DNA from: Candidatus Woesearchaeota archaeon
Lineage (GTDB): Archaea > Nanobdellota > Nanobdellia > Pacearchaeales > GW2011-AR1
NCBI GenBank assembly: GCA_964594115.1
Contig: CAZQLD010000005.1
Location: 749 to 64,748, forward strand
DNA: 64,000 nt
Reading direction: 5' to 3'
Shown here: piece by piece, positions 54,454 through 63,899 of the stretch
Position numbering within the stretch: the first letter of the stretch is position 1
How the letters are laid out: every line of letters starts with the position of its first letter
Translations under genes and position numbers: made by a program
Notes under the pieces: generated by a model
What the model was told of the DNA's origin: nothing
What the model saw: the letters and a program-made list of their open reading frames with translations, nothing else
Databases searched by the model: none

Positions 54454-54630
54454 CTATTTCTCTTCATTCTCTAATTTTTTTAGAAATTCGTATACTGCTA
54501 TATCAATGAATTGTTTTTTATTTGCAAATCTTAGTCTATTTTCTTCTTTTTTGATAAATTCCTCTACTTTATTCAATAAAGAAGAATCAATTTTCACAAC
54601 ACCTACGTCTTTTTTTGATTTGCCAGCCAT
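54454..54630 (-). CDS. small ribbon-helix-helix-like DNA-binding protein (58 aa)
   Basis: Translated by hand as MAGKSKKDVGVVKIDSSLLNKVEEFIKKEENRLRFANKKQFIDIAVYEFLKKLENEEK. The pattern is beta strand, helix, helix. Lies between two adhesin genes. Below the track cutoff. Confidence 0.5.
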   Translation of the reverse strand: MAGKSKKDVGVVKIDSSLLNKVEEFIKKEENRLRFANKKQFIDIAVYEFLKKLENEEK

Positions 54631-54683
54631 TTTCAGGTAAGGTTATCAATAGTTACCAAAAGTAACTTTTAAAGTTTGCCCTT

Positions 54684-56693
54684 TTAAACAACCTCCTTGA
54701 TTTCATTTTTAATTTTAAATATTTTGAATAATTTCATTACTATAAGAACTCCAAGCAATATTGCTAGAACCATCAAAATATATCTTGTGGGGATTTTAAT
54801 TTCAAAAGGTTTTTCATCTTCTCCGCAATATCTCAAACAAGGCCCTCCGCAATCAATTTCTTTTTCCCCTTGGTTTTTTATTCCATCAAAGCAGGTTGGA
54901 CATGGCGGACAAGGACCCCAGCAATCTACTAAGATTTCGCAATCTCCATCATGACAATTTTTAATATCATCATCACAACTTGGATTTCTTATATAAAAAC
55001 AATCCTGCATTTTTAGGGGCTCACTAGAGGAGCTATTACAATAATTTAAATCAAAACACTCCCTAATTTGAAATCCGCACTGGCTTTCTTCCCATTCTTT
55101 AATTAAACAACCTCTTCTAATACTTTTGTAATCTTCCTCAGATAAAAGGCCGATTTCTAAAGATTTATTTGCATTTTGGCATATCCCCCACGTGTTGCAA
55201 ACCCATTTTTCAGAACATCCGCCAACTATCTCTGTTCCTTTTTCGATAACAGAAGGAGTGCATTCAACAAAATTAACATCCAAATCCCACTGAACAGAAT
55301 CAGTTAACAAACCATCAGTTACCTCAGCTTTAACTACATGCCCTTTTGAAATTCCGCAACCAAAAATATATTCAAATTCATCCAAACCCCCTCTATTAAA
55401 ACCAGAAGTATATTTTTTTAATTCATTATCAACATACCAATATATATCAAGAGGAGTTCCATCTGGATCATACATATCCAAACTAAAAGATATGACATCA
55501 GTTCCAATTACATTTAAATCTAAATTAGCAGGAGTATACTCAATAATTGTAGGTTGTTTGTTTTCTTCTGTAACAGTCAAACTAAAATCATCACAAGAAG
55601 TTATACTTCTTCCGTACTTTTTGCATACAGCAAATATTTTCTCAGAAGGATTTATTATACCTTTATCAGTAACACAAACAGTAACATTATGGGTTCCTAA
55701 ATGGCTACTATCTGGAGTAAACTTCATCCCACCTTGAGAATCTATGTCAAATAAATGTTGGCCTGAAAAATTTATATTAAATACCAAATTCCCAGAATCT
55801 TGATTGCCATCTTCAACATCATCCACATTAACTTTATAATCTATAATCTTATTCTTCTCTCCCCCTAAAATTTTTGTTTTAACTCCTATTGGTTGGATGG
55901 CAGGAGGATTGTTTGTTTCTATAACTGTTATTTCTATCTGTTCAGAATCAACAAATTGCCCGTCATTTACGAAAATAGTTCTTTCATAAGTTTTAGATCC
56001 TGCTCCAATCCCTCCCGCATCATTTTTGTTGAGATTTCCTGAAATTATTTTAAATTTAAGAAGGCTTTCTCCGTTAGAAGGCCAATAGGACGTTGGATTA
56101 ATATAAAATATCTCTTGGGGTTTAATATAGGCTTCAATTGCTCCAATATTTCTTTCTTCATCAATATCTTTTACACTGAAAGAATATGAGATGGGAGAAC
56201 CTTCACAAACAAAAATTTTAGGGGCAAGATCTTCAATAATCGGAGCAGAATTAGAAACAGAGATAAAAAATTCAGTACTGTCATTTGCACTATTTCCTTC
56301 ATTGTCTTCTGCATAAACAATTAATTTATTCCCCCACTGGCCTACTTCAATTGTTATATTTGGTGTGAAAGGTATATCTTCTCTAACTATTCTGCCATGT
56401 TTTGAATCAATAAGAGTATACCGCCAGCTATCCACTACAAAATTTGCTGAAACATTCAAGTCAAGGATATAAGGGGGTTTAATTTTATCTCCAAAATAAT
56501 AAGTCTCAGCTTCAGGGCTTGCAATATTGATAAATCTTTCTTTCGTAATAATACTTATGTTTTCTGTATCAAGGGCCTTTCCAGTAACAGTATAAAAATG
56601 AGGCACAAGATAATTTAGAGCAACAATCATGCTAATTATCCCCAGTATTGCAAAAAAATACAGAACTAATATTGTCCTCTTTTTACTGATCAT
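54684..56693 (-). CDS. cadherin-like repeat surface protein with a Cys-rich C-terminal module and TM anchor (paralog A)
   Basis: Collinear with the next ORF: NVSANFVVDSWRYTLIDSKHG, SNSAPIIEDLAPKIFVCEGSPISY, VDDVEDGNQDSGNLVFN. The C-terminus CDDDIKNCHDGDCEILVDCWGPCPPCPTCFDGIKNQGEKEIDCGGPC is followed by a TM. Confidence 0.75.
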   Translation of the reverse strand: MISKKRTILVLYFFAILGIISMIVALNYLVPHFYTVTGKALDTENISIITKERFINIASPEAETYYFGDKIKPPYILDLNVSANFVVDSWRYTLIDSKHGRIVREDIPFTPNITIEVGQWGNKLIVYAEDNEGNSANDSTEFFISVSNSAPIIEDLAPKIFVCEGSPISYSFSVKDIDEERNIGAIEAYIKPQEIFYINPTSYWPSNGESLLKFKIISGNLNKNDAGGIGAGSKTYERTIFVNDGQFVDSEQIEITVIETNNPPAIQPIGVKTKILGGEKNKIIDYKVNVDDVEDGNQDSGNLVFNINFSGQHLFDIDSQGGMKFTPDSSHLGTHNVTVCVTDKGIINPSEKIFAVCKKYGRSITSCDDFSLTVTEENKQPTIIEYTPANLDLNVIGTDVISFSLDMYDPDGTPLDIYWYVDNELKKYTSGFNRGGLDEFEYIFGCGISKGHVVKAEVTDGLLTDSVQWDLDVNFVECTPSVIEKGTEIVGGCSEKWVCNTWGICQNANKSLEIGLLSEEDYKSIRRGCLIKEWEESQCGFQIRECFDLNYCNSSSSEPLKMQDCFYIRNPSCDDDIKNCHDGDCEILVDCWGPCPPCPTCFDGIKNQGEKEIDCGGPCLRYCGEDEKPFEIKIPTRYILMVLAILLGVLIVMKLFKIFKIKNEIKEVV

Positions 56694-56747
56694 TTTAAGT
56701 TACTAAAAATAACTTAAAGTAACTATTTAAAGCTTTTGGTATCTGCG

Positions 56748-58775
56748 TTATTTTTCAATATCTTTTAGTTTAGGGCGTTTTAATAATTTAATCACTATAA
56801 ATAATACTAATAATATAATGATTAATATTAAGAAATATCTAAAAAGGCTTCTTCCTAAAGGTTTTTCAGAAGGGCAAGGAGGGCAAGGTCCTCCACAATC
56901 AATTCCTTCTTCTCCTTGGTTTTGTATACCATCAGAGCAAGTTGGACAGGGCATACAAGGTCCTCCACAATCTACTAAGACTTCACAAGCTCCATCATGA
57001 CAGTTTTTAATACCATCATAACAGTTTGCCTTTTTAGTATAGTAACATCCCTGAACTTCTAATGGTTTTTTCAAAGTAGTATTGCAATAGTGAACATCTA
57101 AGCACTCCCTAATTTGAAATCCGCAATTCTCATTCTTCCAACCATTTATTTTACAGGTTTCTTTAACCATTCTATAATTTTCCCCAGATAAAGTTCCTGT
57201 TTTTAGAGCAGTTTCTGCATCTTGGCAAAAGCCCCAGTAACCACACCCCCATTTTTCAATACACAAAGGTGTTACAGCACCACCCCCCCCACCTCCAGGA
57301 GGGATTTCAGGAGGAAGCTCTACATTAATGACAGTTATATTCCATGTAAGAGAAGCATTTAGCAATCCATCAGTTATTTCAGCAGTAAGGTTATGATATC
57401 CAGCACTATCATAATCAAAAAACTGTAGAAACTCATCAAAATTCCCCCCTCCAATTACTCCAGAGAGAAATTTATCCAAACTACTATCAAGATACCAATA
57501 AGTATCAGGAGCAGTTCCATCTGGATCATACATAGTTATATTAAAATACAAAGACTGCCCTTCATTTACAATAAGTGTTAGATTAACAGGATAATTAGAA
57601 GTTATTTCAGGAGGTCTGTTTTGAGTTGTGACAGTTAAACTAAAATTATTACATGAAGTTATATTGCTTCCATCTTGCCCGCATAAACTTATATTTTGAT
57701 GCGGATTTGCTATTCCTCTGTCAGTAATACAAACACTTATATTATAAACCCCTATATCAGTTAAATTAGCAGTAAAGTTCATTACTCCATTCTGACTTAT
57801 ATTAAATAAATTAACTATAGCTCCTGTAGAATTTCTAATTGTCAGGTTAAATACCAAATTCCCAGAATCTTGATTGCCATCTTCAACATCAGACACATTA
57901 ACTTGGTAGTAAAAAGTACTGTTCACTCCTTGTGTCCAAATTGTCTGAACACCAATATCTATGATAGAAGGGGCATTATTTATCTCTATAACTGTTATAT
58001 TTGTCTGTCTGGAATCAGCATACTGTCCATCATCTACAGAAACATTTTCTTCATAAATTTTATATCCTGCATTAGTTCCTCCTGCATGAGCCTTACCAAG
58101 ATTTCCTGAAAATATTTCATAACGGTTTGTTGTTAAATTAATATTTTTAGAATAAACTACATAAAAAGGACTTTGCGGTCCTGTCGGATTAATACTTGCA
58201 GAAGGAGCACTTTCATCAACATCTGTTACATTAAAAAAATACGAGAGATAAGAGCCTTCACAAACAAAAATTTCAGGGGCAATATACTCAATAAGAGGAG
58301 CTGAATTTGGAATAAAAACAAAAAATGAAACATTTTCATTTGCAATCACCCCTAAACTATTATTTGCATAAACAAGTAATTTATTTGACCACCTAACAGC
58401 ATTAATTGTTGTGTTTGGTGTAAAAAAAACACCAGTATTAATTGTTACGCCATGCTTTAAATCTATTAAATCATACCACCAGCTATCTACTACAAAATTT
58501 GCTGAAACATTCAGTTCTATTGTATAATTAGGATCTCCTATGCTAAAATTATAGGTTATATTTTTTGGACTTGTAATATTAATTATATCACGAAGCCCTT
58601 CAACAGTAATAAAAATTCTTCCTATAGAAGTCACAGAACTCCAAATAAAATTTTTTAAGCTGATAAAAGCAGTTAAAAAACCCTTATCTGGGACATGATA
58701 CTTTAAAATCCAAAACATATTTAGCAACATCATCAAAAAACAGGCCACTAAAATGTATTTCTCTCTTTTTTTCAT
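56748..58775 (-). CDS. cadherin-like repeat surface protein with a Cys-rich C-terminal module and TM anchor (paralog B)
   Basis: NVSANFVVDSWWYDLIDLKHG, PNSAPLIEYIAPEIFVCEGSYLSY, VSDVEDGNQDSGNLVFN. Poly-Gly hinge PPGGGGGGA. CYDGIKNCHDGACEVLVDCGGPCMPCPTCSDGIQNQGEEGIDCGGPC, then a TM. Confidence 0.75.
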   Translation of the reverse strand: MKKREKYILVACFLMMLLNMFWILKYHVPDKGFLTAFISLKNFIWSSVTSIGRIFITVEGLRDIINITSPKNITYNFSIGDPNYTIELNVSANFVVDSWWYDLIDLKHGVTINTGVFFTPNTTINAVRWSNKLLVYANNSLGVIANENVSFFVFIPNSAPLIEYIAPEIFVCEGSYLSYFFNVTDVDESAPSASINPTGPQSPFYVVYSKNINLTTNRYEIFSGNLGKAHAGGTNAGYKIYEENVSVDDGQYADSRQTNITVIEINNAPSIIDIGVQTIWTQGVNSTFYYQVNVSDVEDGNQDSGNLVFNLTIRNSTGAIVNLFNISQNGVMNFTANLTDIGVYNISVCITDRGIANPHQNISLCGQDGSNITSCNNFSLTVTTQNRPPEITSNYPVNLTLIVNEGQSLYFNITMYDPDGTAPDTYWYLDSSLDKFLSGVIGGGNFDEFLQFFDYDSAGYHNLTAEITDGLLNASLTWNITVINVELPPEIPPGGGGGGAVTPLCIEKWGCGYWGFCQDAETALKTGTLSGENYRMVKETCKINGWKNENCGFQIRECLDVHYCNTTLKKPLEVQGCYYTKKANCYDGIKNCHDGACEVLVDCGGPCMPCPTCSDGIQNQGEEGIDCGGPCPPCPSEKPLGRSLFRYFLILIIILLVLFIVIKLLKRPKLKDIEK

Positions 58776-58823
58776 AAGATAGGCAGGAGAAATAATATTA
58801 AATATCTTTTGTTTTATTAGTTT

Positions 58824-59282
58824 TTAATTTTTCCAGATATATCTTTTTATAATAACAGAAACATTTCCTGTATAATTTCCATAACTTGTGTCAAGAGGGG
58901 CATATGCAGATACACCTATTTTTTTTGTTTGACCTTCAGGAACTACTGACTCAACAGGATCTATAAATCTTTCCATACCTTGTTTAGGTATTATTTCAAC
59001 TTTGATATCCTGGCCATAACCATTGTCTATTATTACTCCCCTTGTTGAACTTCCCCCAGGAGAAATCATTCCAAACCTCAAGCTGTCATTGCCTAAATCA
59101 AATCCATAATGGTCAGAAACAATTAAATAAGCCCCCATTTCTCTTTCCTCAAGGATTCTTGATGAATTAATCATTTGAAGCGATGAAAAAATAAAAACCA
59201 ACAAGGCTATGATAAACAAGGCTAGTGAAAAAAGAAACTTCAAATAAATTGTTTTCCCCTTTTCTAATCTATCTTTTCCCAT
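58824..59282 (-). CDS. small N-terminally anchored beta-sandwich-like protein (152 aa)
   Basis: TM LKFLFSLALFIIALLVFIFSSL, then LRFGMISPGGSSTRGVIIDNGYGQDIKVEI, which is the xFGxxxxGxxxxxxxxxxN pattern common in PapD/ASH-like folds. Overlaps the upstream gene by 14 nt. Confidence 0.55.
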   Translation of the reverse strand: MGKDRLEKGKTIYLKFLFSLALFIIALLVFIFSSLQMINSSRILEEREMGAYLIVSDHYGFDLGNDSLRFGMISPGGSSTRGVIIDNGYGQDIKVEIIPKQGMERFIDPVESVVPEGQTKKIGVSAYAPLDTSYGNYTGNVSVIIKRYIWKN

Positions 59283-60423
59283 TTTTTATTTTTTCTTTTC
59301 TTTTCTTTATTATTATCCAGGTGATTATAAATATTATTGTAATTAAAACTATAATTCCCACAATACCTGTAACAATAACCCAGATTGCTATTTTTCTTTT
59401 AATAGTTATATCCGTTATTTTTATTGTTGAGGCTCCCTCATAAAATATTGTTATGTTCATCTCATAAACACCTGGCTTAATACCTGCTGTATCCAAGTAG
59501 CCAGTTAGGTTTTTGCTCTGCCATTTATCCAAACTTTCAGAAACTGTTTTGAACTCTGATAGTTTATTAGTTTCATTCCCTTTTTCATAAACAAATACCT
59601 CAGCATGAACATTCTCTACTTTATTATTCCAATTGCTCTCAACCTCAACATAGAATTCATTTAGCTCATTATAATAAGCCTCTTTTGTCCAGTTTAAAAT
59701 ATCAACAAATAAACTGCCAATTTTAAAATGTGTTTCTTTTCTAACTATTCTCTCAGTTCCATAATCTAGGATTGCAGTAGCATTATAATCTCCTGTACCA
59801 TATCTGCTTGAATTTATAATTTTTTGAAATGTCCTTTTCCCCTGACTTTCTACAATCCCCCGCCCAAGTTCAATTGTTTCTATATATCTATCATCATAAA
59901 GAGACAGCTCTGCTGTTAATTCTGCGACTATATCATTTTCGCCAAGACTTGAAACTTCAGTATTAAATGTTAAGTTTTCTCCTTCATTTACATTCTCTAC
60001 ACTAAACTTTTCAATTTCAGCATATTTTCCGGGATAAGGCACAAAAACAAGAACAACCACATTTATTGCTGTTAAGGTTCCTAGCCCTACTCCTTCTGGG
60101 GGTTTTTCTTTTACACCAATAGATATCATATTTTCTCCAGGAGTATCTATTTTATCAGGAAACCGGATAGTTGCTGTAAAACTTCCTGCACCTATAATAC
60201 TCTCTTTATCCAATTCCACATATTTAGCAAGAGGACCTGTAGCAGAAATTTCAATCTCTCTTTCTGGATTCTCTTCGTATACAGTATATTTAATCGATGT
60301 AACTAAACCTGGTTTAAAGTTTATATTAGTTATTGCTGGGCTTAAACCCACAGCATAAACCCAGTTTAGGTTTAGTATAAAAAAGACTGCAAAAAATAAA
60401 ATTATCGCCCCTCTTTTTTTCAT
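59269..60423 (-). CDS. signal-peptide + multi-beta-sandwich + C-terminal-TM surface protein (paralog of 62658..63899)
   Basis: AVGLSPAITNINFKPGL directly after the signal. A conserved LVFVPYPGKY junction. C-terminal TM IAIWVIVTGIVGIIVLITIIFIITWIII plus a basic tail. Confidence 0.65.
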   Translation of the reverse strand: MKKRGAIILFFAVFFILNLNWVYAVGLSPAITNINFKPGLVTSIKYTVYEENPEREIEISATGPLAKYVELDKESIIGAGSFTATIRFPDKIDTPGENMISIGVKEKPPEGVGLGTLTAINVVVLVFVPYPGKYAEIEKFSVENVNEGENLTFNTEVSSLGENDIVAELTAELSLYDDRYIETIELGRGIVESQGKRTFQKIINSSRYGTGDYNATAILDYGTERIVRKETHFKIGSLFVDILNWTKEAYYNELNEFYVEVESNWNNKVENVHAEVFVYEKGNETNKLSEFKTVSESLDKWQSKNLTGYLDTAGIKPGVYEMNITIFYEGASTIKITDITIKRKIAIWVIVTGIVGIIVLITIIFIITWIIIKKRKEKIKNGKR

Positions 60424-60695
60424 GGTTTAACTTATGAAAATTGCTTTTTATATCTTACGTTTTCTAGTGCTGCTGTGTTAAAAACTCTTGAGGTTTTAAA
60501 AAGCAATAAAATTCATAATTAATCGAAGAATTTTTAGATATTAATAAATAAAAAATTAGGAATATTGCTATAAGTTGGCTTTAAAGAACCTATTTTTTCC
60601 ATAAGCAAGATTATGGAAGTATTGTCCCCTTTAACTAAATATTGCAATAACCCCTATATATAAGGGGTGTTGCAGAAAAATTTAAAAATAAAAAA

Positions 60696-61346
60696 TTAAG
60701 ATTTGACAACACCTGTTGCAGTTATTGTATCAACTAAAGCGCCTTTTAAAGAATCCTCTGGTACACGAAGATAAAAGTCTATTCTTATTGAATTATTATT
60801 CGCTACATACATCAAAGGATGACAAACCATTGCAGTTGCAGCTGTTGACGTGCCTTCATAAAGGTCTAAACCCTGTGTTGTTCCGCTTGTTGATGTCTCT
60901 GAATCATTCCTGCAAGCCCATGTCTCCCCAGGCATCATACTAATGTTCCACTGATATAATGGGCCGCCTGCACTTGCTCCACCTATAAAAGAAGCTGCTG
61001 AAGCTCCTGCACTTAAATTAACACTTAGGTTCACGTTTCCAATATTATCTAATATAAGTTTCTGACCTGAAAAAGTCCAGTTACCATCTGTACAAGCATC
61101 AGTATCTGTTTGTAAGGTTGAATTTGTCACACCAAGGTCTACTTTTCCTGAACCAAAATTCACTTCTGGAAAAGAAAAATTAAGATTAGCTGCTGATTCA
61201 ACTGTCAGATTAACATATCCTGCATCTGAAGCCAGTCCAGAAAGAACATCTCTCAAATCTGAAATCTTCATGAGAGTCAAAGAAAAATTAACCAATGTCA
61301 CTAAAACCACAACAACAGTTATTATAGTTAAAACACTGCTTTTCAT
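60696..61346 (-). CDS. secreted beta-rich protein, 216 aa (copy A), unknown family
   Basis: N-terminal hydrophobic anchor/signal. Sequon-rich, Gly/Ser/Thr-rich. Two Cys pairs. C-terminus IRIDFYLRVPEDSLKGALVDTITATGVVKS. Identical to copy B except for the last residues (VVKS vs VVRT). Confidence 0.65.
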   Translation of the reverse strand: MKSSVLTIITVVVVLVTLVNFSLTLMKISDLRDVLSGLASDAGYVNLTVESAANLNFSFPEVNFGSGKVDLGVTNSTLQTDTDACTDGNWTFSGQKLILDNIGNVNLSVNLSAGASAASFIGGASAGGPLYQWNISMMPGETWACRNDSETSTSGTTQGLDLYEGTSTAATAMVCHPLMYVANNNSIRIDFYLRVPEDSLKGALVDTITATGVVKS

Positions 61347-61347
61347 C

Positions 61348-61536
61348 TTAACCTGATGGCACTAGAGCTGGTTCTACATAAAGTCTGATTTTTGCAGACC
61401 CAGTGTCTACTGTCTTTGATTCTCCAATTACATTAATCGGAGTACTGATGTTCAAACCAATTGTCATAATCACAGAAAGTGCTGAAAGCAAGACTGCAAC
61501 AATTAAAAGTACAACAATTATTTTTTCACTCACCAT
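61348..61536 (-). CDS. 62-aa signal-anchored mini-protein (copy A)
   Basis: MVSEKIIVVLLIVAVLLSALSVIMTIGLNISTPINVIGESKTVDTGSAKIRLYVEPALVPSG. Its stop lies 1 nt from the downstream ATG. Confidence 0.55.
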   Translation of the reverse strand: MVSEKIIVVLLIVAVLLSALSVIMTIGLNISTPINVIGESKTVDTGSAKIRLYVEPALVPSG

Positions 61537-61711
61537 TTTCCATCTCTTTTTAAAATTTAATTATTAATATACCGAAGCAAGTCCCTTTTATAAACATTTC
61601 GTTTTGGAATTTCATTACTATGTTTAGATTAATTTTTTAACGAAGACAAATAATTCAGATTTTAATAAAATAAAGAATAAGTAAATGATGCTGTCTATAA
61701 AAATAAAAAAA

Positions 61712-62362
61712 TTAAGTTCTGACAACACCTGTTGCAGTTATTGTATCAACTAAAGCGCCTTTTAAAGAATCCTCTGGTACACGAAGATAAAAGTCTATTC
61801 TTATTGAATTATTATTCGCTACATACATCAAAGGATGACAAACCATTGCAGTTGCAGCTGTTGACGTGCCTTCATAAAGGTCTAAACCCTGTGTTGTTCC
61901 GCTTGTTGATGTCTCTGAATCATTCCTGCAAGCCCATGTCTCCCCAGGCATCATACTAATGTTCCACTGATATAATGGGCCGCCTGCACTTGCTCCACCT
62001 ATAAAAGAAGCTGCTGAAGCTCCTGCACTTAAATTAACACTTAGGTTCACGTTTCCAATATTATCTAATATAAGTTTCTGACCTGAAAAAGTCCAGTTAC
62101 CATCTGTACAAGCATCAGTATCTGTTTGTAAGGTTGAATTTGTCACACCAAGGTCTACTTTTCCTGAACCAAAATTCACTTCTGGAAAAGAAAAATTAAG
62201 ATTAGCTGCTGATTCAACTGTCAGATTAACATATCCTGCATCTGAAGCCAGTCCAGAAAGAACATCTCTCAAATCTGAAATCTTCATGAGAGTCAAAGAA
62301 AAATTAACCAATGTCACTAAAACCACAACAACAGTTATTATAGTTAAAACACTGCTTTTCAT
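61712..62362 (-). CDS. secreted beta-rich protein, 216 aa (copy B)
   Basis: Identical to 60696..61346 except for the C-terminal VVRT. Confidence 0.65.
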   Translation of the reverse strand: MKSSVLTIITVVVVLVTLVNFSLTLMKISDLRDVLSGLASDAGYVNLTVESAANLNFSFPEVNFGSGKVDLGVTNSTLQTDTDACTDGNWTFSGQKLILDNIGNVNLSVNLSAGASAASFIGGASAGGPLYQWNISMMPGETWACRNDSETSTSGTTQGLDLYEGTSTAATAMVCHPLMYVANNNSIRIDFYLRVPEDSLKGALVDTITATGVVRT

Positions 62363-62363
62363 C

Positions 62364-62552
62364 TTAACCTGATGGCACTAGAGCTGGTTCTACATAAAGT
62401 CTGATTTTTGCAGACCCAGTGTCTACTGTCTTTGATTCTCCAATTACATTAATCGGAGTACTGATGTTCAAACCAATTGTCATAATCACAGAAAGTGCTG
62501 AAAGCAAGACTGCAACAATTAAAAGTACAACAATTATTTTTTCACTCACCAT
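62364..62552 (-). CDS. 62-aa signal-anchored mini-protein (copy B)
   Basis: Identical in translation to 61348..61536. Confidence 0.55.
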   Translation of the reverse strand: MVSEKIIVVLLIVAVLLSALSVIMTIGLNISTPINVIGESKTVDTGSAKIRLYVEPALVPSG

Positions 62553-62657
62553 TTTCCATCTCTTTTTAAAATTTAATTATTAATATACCGAAGCAAGTCC
62601 CTTTTATAAACATTTCGTTTTGGAATTTCATTACTATGTTTAGATTGATTTTTTCAA

Positions 62658-63899
62658 TCAGGCTTTAATAACTCTTCCGCTTGCTTTTGGTTGTTTTTTC
62701 TTTCCCATAAATCTTCTGAAGAATACAAACCACGCAAGATTTACCACCAATAATATTATAACTAAAACAAGTAGAATTGTTGTCACACTAATTCCTTCTC
62801 TTCCTTGTGGCCTTATAGCATAGCCTACTCCAGTAATATCTAAGCTGTCTTCACTGACTTTCAAAATTAAGTTCCTGTCAGTTGATTTCTGTCCGTATCT
62901 AACCATTAGTTTTCCATTGTATTCTCCTTCTTCTACTCCAACTGTGTCCCAGTATGCAATTAATTCTTTCTTGCTTAATGCAGGAATGTTTTCAGTAGCT
63001 GACTTAAGATCAGCCATTACCTGCTCTTCATAATTATAAACAAGCAGGTTGGCAAAAACACTTTTTAACTCTTCATTATATTTATTTTCAACAAGAATCT
63101 GAAGCTTTGCAATTTGCCCTAACTGGAAGTTATTAACTAGTATGCTCTCTATGCTTAATATTTGGCTTCCAATTGCAAACTGTTTTTCAAATGACTTGCT
63201 TTCTTCATCATAAAAAACAGTTACTTTTGCAAGATATCCTCCAGGAGGAACATTAATCTGCCATTTTGCAGATAGCTCTGTTCTTTTTCCTGCTCCAATA
63301 GCTGCATAATCTGTTTCTAGTGTTTCTACTTTTTCATTTAATTTTGTATAAATATCAATTACTGCTCTTGCTTCGCCTATTCCTAACTTTCCTCTGTTAG
63401 TCACAGGAACAATTAAAGTGGCAGTAGAGTTCTGTTCTGCATCTAAAACATTTAAGTCAGCATCTATGCATTTTCCAGGGCAAGGAACATAAATGTGTAA
63501 TTGAGAGACAACAGCCACAGTTGCACCAACATAGGTTCCCTCATCAGAAGCTTTTGGAATTTCTAAAACAACAATTTCTGCTGTATGCAATCCAGGGTCT
63601 TTTGCGATTCTATCAGGCAATTTAACTTTATACTTAAAGTGCTTAGATTCTTCGCTTGGCAAAAATTCAACCATATTTTCAAATAAAGTTACTGAATCAT
63701 TTAAGTCTCCTTGGACCATAAGCAATACCTGCATATTCTTATGTTCATTATTCAGGACAGAAAATGCAACTTCCTGCTCTAATCCTTGCTTATAATCTAA
63801 GGTAGTTCTACCAGGAGTTACTCCAAGAGCATCTACCTTAGGGATAACTAGCATAGCAAACAAGCTTACTAATATTATAATTAACAATTTCTTTTTCAT
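62658..63899 (-). CDS. signal-peptide + multi-beta-sandwich + C-terminal-TM surface protein (paralog of 59269..60423)
   Basis: ALGVTPGRTTLDYKQGL after the signal. LHIYVPCPGKC junction. C-terminal TM TTILLVLVIILLVVNLAWFVFF plus a basic tail. Confidence 0.65.
   Translation of the reverse strand: MKKKLLIIILVSLFAMLVIPKVDALGVTPGRTTLDYKQGLEQEVAFSVLNNEHKNMQVLLMVQGDLNDSVTLFENMVEFLPSEESKHFKYKVKLPDRIAKDPGLHTAEIVVLEIPKASDEGTYVGATVAVVSQLHIYVPCPGKCIDADLNVLDAEQNSTATLIVPVTNRGKLGIGEARAVIDIYTKLNEKVETLETDYAAIGAGKRTELSAKWQINVPPGGYLAKVTVFYDEESKSFEKQFAIGSQILSIESILVNNFQLGQIAKLQILVENKYNEELKSVFANLLVYNYEEQVMADLKSATENIPALSKKELIAYWDTVGVEEGEYNGKLMVRYGQKSTDRNLILKVSEDSLDITGVGYAIRPQGREGISVTTILLVLVIILLVVNLAWFVFFRRFMGKKKQPKASGRVIKA

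Larger units (their letters stand above)
60685..61638 (-). repeat. tandem duplication copy A (~954 bp: promoter + 62-aa gene + 216-aa gene)
   Basis: Essentially identical to 61700..62654 at a period of 1016 bp. The differences I saw cluster at the last two codons of the 216-aa gene and at the unit edges. Confidence 0.9.
61700..62654 (-). repeat. tandem duplication copy B (~954 bp)
   Basis: See copy A. Confidence 0.9.

Noticed and set aside
60685-62654. CRISPR array or DGR template/variable repeat as an explanation for the repeats.
   Set aside because: The repeat unit is ~954 bp and protein-coding with only two copies. There are no short direct repeats with spacers anywhere in the window. 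There is no reverse transcriptase gene, and the few differences are not adenine-specific.
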